Assembly: GCA_044229975.1 (NCBI GenBank)
Contig: JBGARZ010000028.1
Coordinates: forward strand, 1-64,000
Reading direction: 5' to 3'
DNA from: Polyangiales bacterium
GTDB taxonomy: Bacteria > Myxococcota_A > Polyangia > Polyangiales > Ga0077539
Length of the DNA: 64,000 nucleotides
This document shows positions 10,010 through 18,922 of the stretch, piece after piece (position 1 is the first letter of the stretch; the number at the start of each line of letters is the position of its first letter). The translations under genes were made by a program, and so were the position numbers. The notes below the pieces were generated by a model, which had not been told where the DNA came from, ran no database searches, and worked only from the letters and a program-made list of their open reading frames with translations.

Positions 10010-11388
10010 CCGAGCGCCGCCACCTCCCGGTGATGGCGCCGAGCTCGCTGCGCGCCGACGGGTCTCGCGCCTTCGTGTACCCGGCAGACACCCACGGGCG
10101 CTTCACGACCGCGCGCCGGGTCGTCTTCGCGGCGCTCATCGCCGTGTACGCGGCCCTGCCGTGGGTGCCGGTCGCCGGGCACCCGGCGGTGTTTCTCGAC
10201 ATCGAGGCGCGGCGCTTCTTCCTCTTCGGCGCCGCCTTCAACGCGCAGGACCTCCCGCTGCTGTTCTTCCTCGTGACGGGCGTCGGCTTCGCGCTCCTGC
10301 TGCTCACCGCCGTCGCGGGCCGCGTGTGGTGCGGGTGGGCGTGCCCGCAGACGGTCTTCCTCGAAGGCATCTATCGTCGCATCGAGCGCGCGATCGAGGG
10401 GCCGCGCGAGGCTCGCGTGCGGCTCGACAAGGCGCCGTGGGACGCCGCGAAGCTCGCGCGCAAGGTCGCCAAGCACGCGCTCTTCGCGCTCGTGTCGCTG
10501 CTGCTCGCGCACGTCTTCATCAGCTACTTCGTCTCGCTGCCGCGCCTCTACGCGATGGTGCGCGCCGCGCCGTCGGCGCACCCCGAGGCCTTCGCGTGGA
10601 CCTTCGCCATCGCGGCCGCGCTCTACCTCAACTTCGCGCACTTCCGCGAGCAGCTCTGCCTGGGCGTCTGTCCCTACGGGCGGCTCCAGGGCGCGCTCAC
10701 CGACGCCGACTCGCTCACCGTGGGCTACGACGTTCGCCGCGGCGAGCCGCGCGGCAAGGCCACCGAGCCCGGTCACGGCGACTGCGTCGACTGCCAGCGC
10801 TGCGTGGTGGTGTGCCCCACGGGCATCGACATCCGCCGCGGAACCCAGCTCGATTGCGTGGGCTGCACCGCCTGCATCGACGCGTGCGACGAGATCATGG
10901 ACAAGCTGCACCGGCCGCGCGGGCTCATCCGCTACGACTCGGTGCGCGGTCTCGACAACGAACCGCGCCGGTTCTGGCGGCCGCGCCTCGCCGCGTACCT
11001 CGCGCTCGGCGCCGTCGGGGCGATCGTCGCGGTCCTGACGCTGCGCGAGCGGACCGACTTCGAGGCCAACCTCCTGCGGCTGCCGGGCGCCCCCTACGAG
11101 CTGGTCGAGGGGAGGGTGCGCAACGCCTTCCAGATCCACCTGGTGAACAAGCGCGGCGCGCGCACCACCCTGCACATCGAGCCGTCGGCCGCGCCCGGCG
11201 TGGAGGTGGTCGCCCCGCTGCGCGACGTGACGCTCGGGCCGCTCGAAGGCACGACGGTGCCGGTGTTCGTGAGCGTCCCGCGTGACGCGCGGCGCGGGGA
11301 CTTCGCGGTGCCCATCACGGTGCGCGTTCCGGGCGGCTCGGCCCGCGTGCTGAGCGCGCCCTTCCTCGGACCGGGGCCGGGCCCGTGA
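10006..11388 (+). CDS. ccoG: Cytochrome c oxidase accessory 4Fe-4S protein CcoG/FixG
   Basis: GRVWCGWACPQT, CPYGR, CVDCQRCVVVCPTGIDIR, CVGCTACIDAC. GTG overlaps the ccoP stop. Confidence 0.93.
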   Translation: MTERRHLPVMAPSSLRADGSRAFVYPADTHGRFTTARRVVFAALIAVYAALPWVPVAGHPAVFLDIEARRFFLFGAAFNAQDLPLLFFLVTGVGFALLLLTAVAGRVWCGWACPQTVFLEGIYRRIERAIEGPREARVRLDKAPWDAAKLARKVAKHALFALVSLLLAHVFISYFVSLPRLYAMVRAAPSAHPEAFAWTFAIAAALYLNFAHFREQLCLGVCPYGRLQGALTDADSLTVGYDVRRGEPRGKATEPGHGDCVDCQRCVVVCPTGIDIRRGTQLDCVGCTACIDACDEIMDKLHRPRGLIRYDSVRGLDNEPRRFWRPRLAAYLALGAVGAIVAVLTLRERTDFEANLLRLPGAPYELVEGRVRNAFQIHLVNKRGARTTLHIEPSAAPGVEVVAPLRDVTLGPLEGTTVPVFVSVPRDARRGDFAVPITVRVPGGSARVLSAPFLGPGPGP

Positions 11389-12128
11389 CGGCCGGCGCCA
11401 CCATCGCGGCGGCCTTCGCGCTGGGCCTCGCGGGCAGCACCCACTGCGTGCTCATGTGCGGCGGCGTCGTGGGCGTCCTCTGCGCGGGGACCCCCACCGG
11501 CCCGGGCGCCCGCGCGCTCCCCTACGCGCTCGCCTACAACGCCGGCCGCATCGGCTCGTACACCTTCGCCGGGCTGCTCGCAGGCGGGCTGGGCGCGGTC
11601 GCGCAGGGGCTCTGGCCCGTGGCCGGCGCGCAGCTCGCGCTCAAGGCCCTGGCCGGCGCGCTGATGCTGGGTGCGGGGCTCTACCTCGCGGGCGTGTGGC
11701 CCCTCTTCGCGCGCATCGAGCGGTTGGGCGCGCCCGTCTGGGCGAAGATCCGCCCGGTCGCGCAGTCGCTGCTGCCGGTGCGCTCGCCGCGCGAGGCGAT
11801 GGCCCTCGGCGTGTTGTGGGGCTGGCTGCCGTGCGGCCTCGTCTACGCCGCGCTGTCGCTCGCGCTCAGCGCCGGGTCGGCCGCCGACGGCGCCTTCACG
11901 ATGATGGCCTTCGGGCTCGGGACGCTGCCGATGCTGCTCGCGATGTCGGCCGCCGCGGGTGCGCTCTCGTCGCTCGCGCGGCGGGCGCCGGTGCGACGCG
12001 CGGTGGGCGTCGTGCTCGGTGTGCTCGGCGTGTTGAGCCTCGTCGCCGTCTGCCAGCAGTCGGCCGCCCTCCTGCAACCGCCCGCGCCGGGCATGGCCCG
12101 CGCCCATTGCCACTGCCACTCACGCTGA
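11385..12128 (+). CDS. TauE/SafE (DsbD_2-like) membrane protein associated with cco operons
   Basis: GSTHCVLMCGG, YNAGRIGSY, GWLPCGLVY, FGLGTLP. Confidence 0.88.
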   Translation: MTAGATIAAAFALGLAGSTHCVLMCGGVVGVLCAGTPTGPGARALPYALAYNAGRIGSYTFAGLLAGGLGAVAQGLWPVAGAQLALKALAGALMLGAGLYLAGVWPLFARIERLGAPVWAKIRPVAQSLLPVRSPREAMALGVLWGWLPCGLVYAALSLALSAGSAADGAFTMMAFGLGTLPMLLAMSAAAGALSSLARRAPVRRAVGVVLGVLGVLSLVAVCQQSAALLQPPAPGMARAHCHCHSR

Positions 12129-12141
12129 ACCGGACGCTGCG

Positions 12142-12330
12142 ATGACTCGTGTCCTGATCGTCGGCGGGCCGACGCGGTCGCGTCCTGGCGCCTGGCCGCA
12201 GCACCTGCACCGCCCGCGCAGGTTCTGCACCGGGCGCTCGACGGGCTGCTCGGCACCACCGCGAGCCGGGTGGTGCCCGCACCTCGATCGCAGCGTGCTC
12301 GTCGTTCGCTCGCCCGGCGCGATCAGCTGA
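12142..12330 (+). pseudogene. Degraded universal stress protein (USP) remnant
   Basis: MTRVLIVG start. LDGLLGTTASRVV (from 12237, other frame) joins HLDRSVLVVR (from 12280) to give the typical USP C-terminal signature across a frameshift. Confidence 0.55.
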
Positions 12331-13933
12331 CCGCCGCGGGCGCGTCGGTCGAGAGCGGCAGGCGCACCCGGAAGACGGTGCGGCGCGGGCGGCTCTCGAC
12401 CTCGACGGTGCCGCCGTGGTCGCCCACCGCGCGGTGCACGATGGCGAGCCCGAGCCCGGTGCCCTGAGCCTTGGTCGAGTAGAAGGCGTCGAAGATCGGC
12501 GCATCCGGCGGGTCGAGCCCGGGGCCGTCGTCCTCCACCTCGACGACGGCGTGCCGCGGCTCGCGGCGCACCCGCAGCGTCACCTTCCCGCCGCCCGAAG
12601 CCCCCACGGCGTCGATCGCGTTGTGAAGGAGGTTCAAGAGCACCTGCACCATCTTGTCGGCGTCCACGTGCAGCACGAGGTCGGCCGCGGGGAGGTCCAC
12701 GGTCACGTCGGCTTGTGCGTGCTCGGCGTCGTCGGCGACCACCGCGGCCGCGCGGCGGCAGACCTCCGGGAGCGAGCGCGGCTGCCGGTCGGGTGGCGCG
12801 GGTCGCGCGAACACGAGGAAGTCCCTCACCAGGGCCGACAGCCGCTGGATCTCGACGCCGATGAAGCGCGCCGTCTCCAGCGCGTCGGCGTTGGCGCCCG
12901 TGCGCCCGAGCGCCCGCTCCAGGTAGGTGACGTGCAGGAGGGCGCCGTTGAGCGGGTTGCGGATCTCGTGCGCGAGGCCCGCCGCCAGGGTGCCGACGGC
13001 GGCGAGTCGCTCGCTGTGCCGACTCTGGTCCCGCTGGGCGTTCTCCTCGGTCACGTCACGACCCACGGCGTAGAGCGCGACGTCGTCGGCCGTCCCCGGT
13101 GGCACCGGCGACAGCATCCAGCGGACGAGGCGCTCGCGGCCCGAGCGCGTGCGGATCGGCAGCTCCCACACGTCGGCGGCCTTGCCGGCCACGGCCTCGC
13201 GGTAGCGCGGGCCCTGGCTCGCGCGCAGCGACTCCGGGAGCAGGAGCTCGACGAAGGGGCGCCCGAGGGCCTCGTCGCGCGCATGGCCGGTGACCCGCTC
13301 GGCCTCGTGGTTGAAGAACACGATCACGCCGTCTGCGTCGGCGCCGACCATCATCACGCGGGCGACCTCGGCGGCGGTCGCGGCCTGTCGCTCGCTGCGC
13401 GCGAGCTCGCTCCGCAGGCGGTCATTCTCGGCCCGGCCGACGCGCTCGACCCGTGCGACGTAGTCCTCGCGGTAGGTCTCCAGCATGATCGCGAGCTCCA
13501 GGTCGAGCCCCCGGCCGAGGGCCGCCCGCACCGCGCGCGCGTCCCCGTCGGGCATCGACTCGGTGAGCCGCTCGAAGGCGCCGCGGATCAGCGCCATGGC
13601 CGTGAACATGTAGCGTTGGGGCAGTCCGATGCGGACATGGACGCGGCCGATCCTGGCGCGCTCGGCGTAGTAGTCCTCGTCGTGCGGGCCGCGGCAGAGG
13701 CGCTCCATCCACCGCACCAGCGTGCGACGGAGCCGCTCGATCTGCTCCTCGCCGGTGAAGACCGCGTGGGCCTCCTCGTGCTCCCGCACCCGCTCGTAGA
13801 ACTCCGCGGCGATGCGCTCGAAGTGCGGCGCGGCAATGGCCTCGAAGCCCGCGAGAGCGCGCGAGTCGTCTTCGGAGAAACGCACGTAGCGCTTCATCTC
13901 CGCGAAGAGTGTCTCCGTCGGGGGCTCGGACAT
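12323..13933 (-). CDS. Protoglobin-PAS sensor histidine kinase
   Basis: Globin-sensor N-terminus (FYERV..H, RIGRVHVRIGLPQRYM), PAS, AHEIRNP H-box, NAIDA, DDGPG, GTGLGL. Confidence 0.9.
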   Translation of the reverse strand: MSEPPTETLFAEMKRYVRFSEDDSRALAGFEAIAAPHFERIAAEFYERVREHEEAHAVFTGEEQIERLRRTLVRWMERLCRGPHDEDYYAERARIGRVHVRIGLPQRYMFTAMALIRGAFERLTESMPDGDARAVRAALGRGLDLELAIMLETYREDYVARVERVGRAENDRLRSELARSERQAATAAEVARVMMVGADADGVIVFFNHEAERVTGHARDEALGRPFVELLLPESLRASQGPRYREAVAGKAADVWELPIRTRSGRERLVRWMLSPVPPGTADDVALYAVGRDVTEENAQRDQSRHSERLAAVGTLAAGLAHEIRNPLNGALLHVTYLERALGRTGANADALETARFIGVEIQRLSALVRDFLVFARPAPPDRQPRSLPEVCRRAAAVVADDAEHAQADVTVDLPAADLVLHVDADKMVQVLLNLLHNAIDAVGASGGGKVTLRVRREPRHAVVEVEDDGPGLDPPDAPIFDAFYSTKAQGTGLGLAIVHRAVGDHGGTVEVESRPRRTVFRVRLPLSTDAPAAVS

Positions 13934-13942
13934 GTTCCGTGG

Positions 13943-14026
13943 CTATCGGGCGACGAAGCCGTCGTCCACCAGCATCCCCGGACCGCCACCCGTGACCAAC
14001 GCGACCTTGTTCTCGAGGCGTTTCAT
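13943..14026 (-). pseudogene. 27-aa internally deleted short-chain dehydrogenase (SDR) minigene
   Basis: AAGGAGG RBS (14034-14040), then MKRLENKVALVTGGG (SDR N-terminus) joined directly to PGMLVDDGFVAR* (resembles the SDR C-terminal VDGG..A). Confidence 0.6.
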
Positions 14027-14088
14027 CGTCGTCCCTCCTTGGGTGTTCCTGAGCGCATTCAGCAGCCGACGTGCCAGCGGTCGGGGGC

Positions 14089-14499
14089 CTACCTGTGGGG
14101 GCGCCCGTGGAGCAGCTCCGCGAGCGCGCGGGCGAGGTCGACGGTCGTGAAGATGCCGACGACCCGCTCGTGCTCCATGACGACCACGCAGCCGTAGCGG
14201 TGCTCGGCCATCTCCCGCGCGACCTCGTCGAGCGGCGTCTCCGGCGGCACCGCGTAGACCACCGTGGACATCGCCTCGTTGACGCCGACCTGCCGCGGAT
14301 CGACGCCCGCGATCGTCTCCATGATGTGCAGGTCGCGCTCGCTGACGACGCCCATCAGCCGCCCGCCCGAGAGCACCGGGAGGTGCCGGATGCGGTGCTC
14401 CCGCATCACGGCGTGCGCGCGGCTGATGGGCTGATCGACGCCGATGGAGTGCGGCGCGGGGGTCATGTACTTCTGGACCGTGGGGATGGGCTTCGTCAT
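14089..14499 (-). CDS. CBS-pair protein
   Basis: YMTPAP..., [25 protein letters not shown]; 136 aa from ATG 14499. Confidence 0.9.
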   Translation of the reverse strand: MTKPIPTVQKYMTPAPHSIGVDQPISRAHAVMREHRIRHLPVLSGGRLMGVVSERDLHIMETIAGVDPRQVGVNEAMSTVVYAVPPETPLDEVAREMAEHRYGCVVVMEHERVVGIFTTVDLARALAELLHGRPHR

Positions 14500-14513
14500 G
14501 GCGCTGTGCTCAA

Positions 14514-14529
14514 GGCAGGCGCCGTGCCG
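14514..14529 (-). promoter_or_regulatory. Candidate sigma54 -24/-12 promoter for CBS gene
   Basis: Minus strand CGGCACGGCGCCTGCC (GG-N10-GC), 16 nt before the ATG. Confidence 0.5.
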
Positions 14530-14571
14530 CCCGCACCGCCATCGCCTGCGACGATCCGCCGACGCAAGACC

Positions 14572-14587
14572 TGCACGAACGCGTGCA
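14572..14587. promoter_or_regulatory. Palindrome TGCACG-N4-CGTGCA, candidate enhancer for a sigma54 activator
   Basis: Perfect 6-bp inverted repeat between the divergent CBS and sigma54 regulator genes; resembles NtrC-type TGCAC..GTGCA sites. Confidence 0.4.
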
Positions 14588-14736
14588 AGCCTCGCATGAC
14601 GCGCCGCTCCCGCGCGGTCGCTCGCGACGAGCAGCGAGCCGGAGGCCCGGGCCGTGCAGCACGGGCGTTGCTCTCCCCTCCGCGCCTGTGCAACCGTCGC
14701 GATCGTCTCGGGCGGGTGAGCGACGAAGGAGGCCTC

Positions 14737-16104
14737 GTGAGCGCGAAATCGAAGGTGCGGGTCCTGGTGGTCGACGACGAGGAGGCCGCGCGCTCCGGGC
14801 TGCAGAAGCTGCTGCGGCTGGAGGGCTACGAGGTCGACACGGCGGCCGACGGCGCGGCGGCGCTGGAGAGCGCGAGCGAGCGCTGCCCCGACGTCGTGGT
14901 GACCGACCTGAAGATGCCCCGCATGGACGGCCTGGAGCTGCTGACGAAGCTGCGCGCGCAGTTCGCCGACCTCCCGGTGATCATGGTGACGGCCTCGCAC
15001 GACGTGGGCTCGGCGGTGGCCGCGATGCGCCAGGGCGCCGAGCACTACCTCATCAAGCCCGTGGACTTCGACGAGCTCCAGGTCGCCGTCGACCGCGCGG
15101 TCGAGCGGCGCGACGTGCGCGTCGAGGCCGACCAGCTACGGCGGCAGCTCGGCGAGCGCGACGCCCGCGGGCTGGAGGGGCTCATCGGGGCCTCGCCTGC
15201 GATGCAGAAGGTCTACAAGGTCGCCGCGCAGATCGCCCCGGCGCGCGCCACGGTGCTCATCACCGGCGAGAGCGGGACGGGCAAGGGGGAGCTCGCGCGG
15301 GCGATTCACGCGCGCGGGCCGCGGGCGGCCAAGGCCTTCGTGACGCTGCACTGCGCGGCGCTCGCCGAGACGCTCCTGGAGAGCGAGCTGTTCGGCCACG
15401 AGCGAGGGAGCTTCACCGGCGCCGACCGGCGGCGCGTGGGGCGCTTCGAGCAGGCCAACGGCGGCACGTTGTTTCTCGACGAGATCGGCGAGATCCCGAT
15501 GTCCATCCAGGTGAAGCTGCTGCGGGTGCTGCAGGAGCGCACCTTCGAGCGCGTCGGCGGCAACGAGAGCGTGAAGGTCGACGTGCGGCTCATCGCGGCG
15601 ACCAACCGCGACCTCGCGGCGGAGGTCGAGGCGGGGCGCTTCCGCGAGGACCTCTTCTACCGCCTCAACGTGGTGCACGTGGAGATGCCGCCGCTGCGGG
15701 CGCGCGACAACGACGTGCTCACGCTCGCGCGGCACTTCCTCGACCGCTTCGCCAAGGAGAACGACAAGGCCATCGAGGGGTTTACCGACCGGGCCGTCGC
15801 GCGGCTGCTCTCACACCGCTGGCCGGGCAACGTGCGGGAGATCGAGAACGCCGTGGAGCGCGCGGTGGTTCTCGCCGAGGGCGACCTCATCGACGAGGAC
15901 GACCTGCCCATCCAGGTGGCGGTCGCGGGTCGGCAGGGGGTGCAGATCCCCGGGTCGACCATGGCGCAGATCGAGCGCCACGCGATCGAGGCGACCCTCG
16001 ACGCGGTGGGCGGCTCGACGGCGAAGGCCGCCGAGATGCTCGACCTCAGCATCCGTACCATCCAGTACCGGCTCCACGAGTACGGGCGCGTCCCGGCGAA
16101 GTAG
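14737..16104 (+). CDS. Sigma54-dependent response regulator (NtrC/AtoC family)
   Basis: [40 protein letters not shown], Fis-type HTH; AAGGAGG before GTG 14737. Confidence 0.95.
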   Translation: MSAKSKVRVLVVDDEEAARSGLQKLLRLEGYEVDTAADGAAALESASERCPDVVVTDLKMPRMDGLELLTKLRAQFADLPVIMVTASHDVGSAVAAMRQGAEHYLIKPVDFDELQVAVDRAVERRDVRVEADQLRRQLGERDARGLEGLIGASPAMQKVYKVAAQIAPARATVLITGESGTGKGELARAIHARGPRAAKAFVTLHCAALAETLLESELFGHERGSFTGADRRRVGRFEQANGGTLFLDEIGEIPMSIQVKLLRVLQERTFERVGGNESVKVDVRLIAATNRDLAAEVEAGRFREDLFYRLNVVHVEMPPLRARDNDVLTLARHFLDRFAKENDKAIEGFTDRAVARLLSHRWPGNVREIENAVERAVVLAEGDLIDEDDLPIQVAVAGRQGVQIPGSTMAQIERHAIEATLDAVGGSTAKAAEMLDLSIRTIQYRLHEYGRVPAK

Positions 16105-16115
16105 CGCGGCGACGA

Positions 16116-17135
16116 TCAGCGGGCGACGATGAGCGTCGCGTCGTCGTGGTCGCGGCCGTAGCGGTCGAGCAGATGCTGCGCCGCCACCAGCGGGTGGCGC
16201 GTCGCGAGGTGGCGGAGTTCGGCCGCGTCGGCGCGCGAGCGCAGGCCGTCGGAGCAGAGCACGACGAACTCCCGCGGCCCGAGTGCGCTCGACTCCTCGA
16301 CGGCGCGCGGGGGGCGCGGTGACGCCAGGCCCAGCACCCCCGGAGCACCGGTGAGCGACCGACCGCCGAGGTCTCCCCGGATGCTGGTCACGACGTTGCC
16401 GACCGCCGCGTGGGACAGGACGCCCGCGACCTCGTCGAGTCGCACCACGGCCATCACCGCGCCGCGCAACCCGCGCAACGCCTCGTGGGCCTCACGGAGC
16501 AGCGCGGCCGGGTCGGTGCGCCCCGCACCGTGCACGAGGTCGATCGCGCGCCGCGCGGGCGCCCATGCGTCGGGCCCGTGTCCCAGTCCGTCGGCCAGCG
16601 CCAGCACCAGTGTGTCTCCCTGCCGCTCGAAGGTCGCGTCGTCGCCGCTCACCCGCTCGCCCGCGCAGGCCCGCCCGAGGACCGCCACCTCGCGCCGCCT
16701 CCCCACGCGCGCCGCGAACTTCCGCGCGCGGACGCAGGTGCCCTGTCCCAGCCGCACGTCGAAGTCCACCTCGTCGGCCTGGCCCTGCACGCCCGAGAGG
16801 CCGATGCCGAGGCCGCCGCCCAGCCGCGGGGCACCGTCGACCACCGCTCCCGCGTCGCGCAATCCGGGGCCCCGGTCGGCCGCGATCACCTCGACGCCCG
16901 GGACGCCGCCGCGCTCGATGGGCCGCAGGGCGATGACCCCGTCACGCGCGTGCCGGAGCTGGTTGGTCGCGAGCTCGCTCACGACGATGGCGAGCGCTCC
17001 CACCGCCGCCTCCGGCAGGCCGAGGCGCGCGCCCAGCGTCCGGGCCGCCACGCGCACGAGGGAGACCGAGGCCTGGTCGTAGACGGGCGTGCGCTCGCCC
17101 TCGCCCAACCACCGATCGATCAGAAGCGCGTCCAT
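16116..17135 (-). CDS. Anti-sigma HATPase fused to SpoIIE/PP2C phosphatase (RsbT-RsbX-like)
   Basis: SELATN, DRGPG, GLGIGL; then SGDD, ADGLGHG, CSDG, DDAT. Confidence 0.88.
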   Translation of the reverse strand: MDALLIDRWLGEGERTPVYDQASVSLVRVAARTLGARLGLPEAAVGALAIVVSELATNQLRHARDGVIALRPIERGGVPGVEVIAADRGPGLRDAGAVVDGAPRLGGGLGIGLSGVQGQADEVDFDVRLGQGTCVRARKFAARVGRRREVAVLGRACAGERVSGDDATFERQGDTLVLALADGLGHGPDAWAPARRAIDLVHGAGRTDPAALLREAHEALRGLRGAVMAVVRLDEVAGVLSHAAVGNVVTSIRGDLGGRSLTGAPGVLGLASPRPPRAVEESSALGPREFVVLCSDGLRSRADAAELRHLATRHPLVAAQHLLDRYGRDHDDATLIVAR

Positions 17136-17536
17136 TTTGCGATGACCACCTTCGTGCCGCGGCCCGGCGCGGTGTCGATGGCGAACTCGTCCACGAGCCG
17201 CCGCGTGCCCGACACACCGAGGCCGAGCGAGCGCACCGTGCTGAAGCCGCCGGCCAGCACCCGGTCGAGGTTTGCGATCCCCGGGCCATCGTCCGTGAAG
17301 GTCATCCGCACGCCCGCGCGGTGGCCGTCCGCGAGGTCCTCCAGCCGCGCCAGTCCGCCGCCGCCGTGCACCCAGACGTTGCGCGCCAGCTCCGAGGCCG
17401 CGGTGGTGAGCGCGGCGACGGCGAAGGAGTCGAAGCCGCGCGCGAGCGCGAGGGCCCGGGCGCGCCGCCGCACCTCGGCGATGTCCGACTCGTAGCGGAT
17501 GGGCATCTCCACCGCGTCGATCACCCGCGCCGTCAT
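17120..17536 (-). CDS. rsbT: Stressosome Ser/Thr kinase RsbT
   Basis: TAASELARN, DDGPGI, GFSTVRSLGLGVSGTRRLVDEF, ..KW. Confidence 0.9.
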   Translation of the reverse strand: MTARVIDAVEMPIRYESDIAEVRRRARALALARGFDSFAVAALTTAASELARNVWVHGGGGLARLEDLADGHRAGVRMTFTDDGPGIANLDRVLAGGFSTVRSLGLGVSGTRRLVDEFAIDTAPGRGTKVVIAKWTRF

Positions 17537-17907
17537 CGGCCCCCGCCCGCGCCCCCCTTCGAGGCGAGCAGCGCGATGCCCCGGTCGACGTCGAGCGCCG
17601 TCTCCACGCCGTCCATCGCGTAGCCCATGTGAACCAGCGTCGCGGCGACCTCGGGGCGCATCCCGACGAGCACCGCGCGCGTCCCCATGAGCGCCGCCAT
17701 GCGGCCGGTCTCGGCGAGCAGCCGCGCGACGTAGGTGTCGACGTCCTCCAGCGAGGAGATGTCGACGACGAGGCCGCGGGCGCCGGTGCGCTCGATGGCG
17801 CCGAGCACGTCCTGCTGGAAGGCCTCGGCCACCGAGTCGGTGAGCTCGACGTGGATGGTCGTGAGCAGGTTGGGGCCCACCTTCAGGATGGGGATCGGCC
17901 CGCGCAC
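17533..17907 (-). CDS. rsbS: STAS protein RsbS
   Basis: IPILKVG, LVVDISSLEDVDTY, GMRPEVAATLV, TALDVD. Confidence 0.9.
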   Translation of the reverse strand: MRGPIPILKVGPNLLTTIHVELTDSVAEAFQQDVLGAIERTGARGLVVDISSLEDVDTYVARLLAETGRMAALMGTRAVLVGMRPEVAATLVHMGYAMDGVETALDVDRGIALLASKGGAGGGR

Positions 17908-17910
17908 CGC

Positions 17911-18825
17911 TCAGCCCGCCTTCGGGCCGATGGCCTTGCCGACCATGGAGAGCGCCAGCTCGATGCCGTCGGCGAGGCGCGCTCTCGTCTCCATCGCGGA
18001 GATGTCGACCCCGAGCTGCACGATGGTTCGGGCGACCTGCGCGGTGATGCCCGTGAGGATGGTGCGCGCCCCGAGCAGACGCACCGCCGCCGTGGTCTTG
18101 AGGAGGTGGTCGGCGACCCGGGTGTCGACCACGGGGACGCCGGCGATGTCGAGGATGACGGCCTCGGCCTTCTCCTCGGTGACGCGCACCAGGACGGTCT
18201 CCATCACCTGCTGGGCGCGCTGGCTGTCGATGGCGCCAATGAGCGGCAGCAGGAGCACGCCGTCGTGCACGCGGATGACCGGCGTGGAGAGCTCGCGGAT
18301 CGCGGCCTGGTGTCGACCGAGCGTCTGGAGGTTGGCCTCGTTGTAGGTGTCGATGGCGATCGCCGTGTCGAAGGCCACGAGCTTCTTTACGCTGCGGTAC
18401 GCGGCGTGCGCCTCGGCGGGGTCGGGCAGGTCTGCGAGGAGCCGCTCGATGATGAGGTCGAGGTATTTGCGGTAGGCCCCGATGTACCACTTGGGGGCCA
18501 TGCCGATGCGCTCGTGGGCGGCGCCCACGCGGAGGCGGTCGCGCACGTAGGCGAGGTCGCAGCGGCCGTCGAAGAGACCGAGAAAGTACTCACGCTGGAG
18601 GCGCTTCACGCGCCGCACGGTGGCCTCGTCGGGGAAGAAGCGGCGGGTCTCCGGGTGCCCCAGGAGCAGCTCGTAGAAGGCCTCGTTGATGTCGTCGAGG
18701 TGGCGCTCGGCGAAGGGCTTGAGCGCGCCCAGTCGCCGCAGGTCGTCGTCGGTGAGCTCGAAGAACGCGCGGCGGCTTGCGAGCTCGCGCTCGTCGATGG
18801 GCGTCGTGGCGGCGTCGTGGTGCAT
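17911..18825 (-). CDS. rsbR: Protoglobin-STAS stressosome sensor RsbR
   Basis: Globin N-terminus (FYELL..H, RVGAAHERIGM.PKWYIGAY), then IRELSTPVI..LLLPLIGAIDSQRA STAS domain. Confidence 0.9.
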   Translation of the reverse strand: MHHDAATTPIDERELASRRAFFELTDDDLRRLGALKPFAERHLDDINEAFYELLLGHPETRRFFPDEATVRRVKRLQREYFLGLFDGRCDLAYVRDRLRVGAAHERIGMAPKWYIGAYRKYLDLIIERLLADLPDPAEAHAAYRSVKKLVAFDTAIAIDTYNEANLQTLGRHQAAIRELSTPVIRVHDGVLLLPLIGAIDSQRAQQVMETVLVRVTEEKAEAVILDIAGVPVVDTRVADHLLKTTAAVRLLGARTILTGITAQVARTIVQLGVDISAMETRARLADGIELALSMVGKAIGPKAG

Positions 18826-18922
18826 GGCCGACGAGTGGTATCCCGACCCGTCGACAGCGGGAAGGGTCCAGCTCGGCATTGCGCAACGCACGGTCTTCGG
18901 GGGACATTGGGCGGGCCAGCCG

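Noticed and set aside
14657..14672. CAGCACGGGCGTTGCT as a sigma54 promoter for the regulator
   Set aside because: The invariant -24 GG is AG, so it was not called.
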